Source: Saccostrea echinata (lineage: Eukaryota). Taken from it: a DNA stretch of 64,000 nt. The translations under genes and the position numbers were made by a program. Shown piece by piece: positions 63,983 to 64,000 of this stretch; position 1 is the stretch's first letter, and each line of letters starts with the position of its first letter. Location: positions 25,730,001 to 25,794,000 of the forward strand of contig NW_026889778.1 of NCBI RefSeq assembly GCF_033153115.1, written 5' to 3'. The notes under the pieces were generated by a model, which made no database searches, was not told the DNA's origin, and saw only the letters and a program-made list of their open reading frames with translations.

Positions 63983-64000
63983 TTCATTTATTTTGTTTTA

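Noticed and set aside
1-64000. Bacterial CBASS operon or a linked STING/effector gene
   Set aside because: Low gene density, eukaryotic repeats, and no effector, Cap or STING ORFs in the window.

Overview
AT-rich eukaryotic genomic DNA. Its repeats (Helentron-type elements with satellite-like units, a tRNA-derived SINE, a Penelope-like RT) resemble those of oysters/bivalves; this assignment is an inference. The window is dominated by a head-to-tail tandem array of six intronless ~2-kb cGAS-like receptor (cGLR, Mab-21 nucleotidyltransferase family) genes on the minus strand, each with a ~330-aa C-terminal helical/TPR-like extension. Three copies are intact (4593-6632, 28752-30788, 45643-47688). 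Three are disrupted (19699-22480 with a MITE insertion, 37024-39045, 54036-56079). The copies form two subfamilies: A = copies 1,4,5,6 and B = copies 2,3. They sit in ~8-10 kb duplication units, are mosaic relative to one another, and vary in discrete patches around an invariant catalytic core. A duplicated flank at the right edge predicts a seventh copy beyond the window. The spacers contain many transposon insertions whose ends and target-site duplications can be confirmed from empty sites in the paralogous units: TA-TSD mariner-type MITEs, TTAA-TSD Kolobok-type elements, a solo LTR, CR1 and Penelope-like RT fragments, and a SINE.
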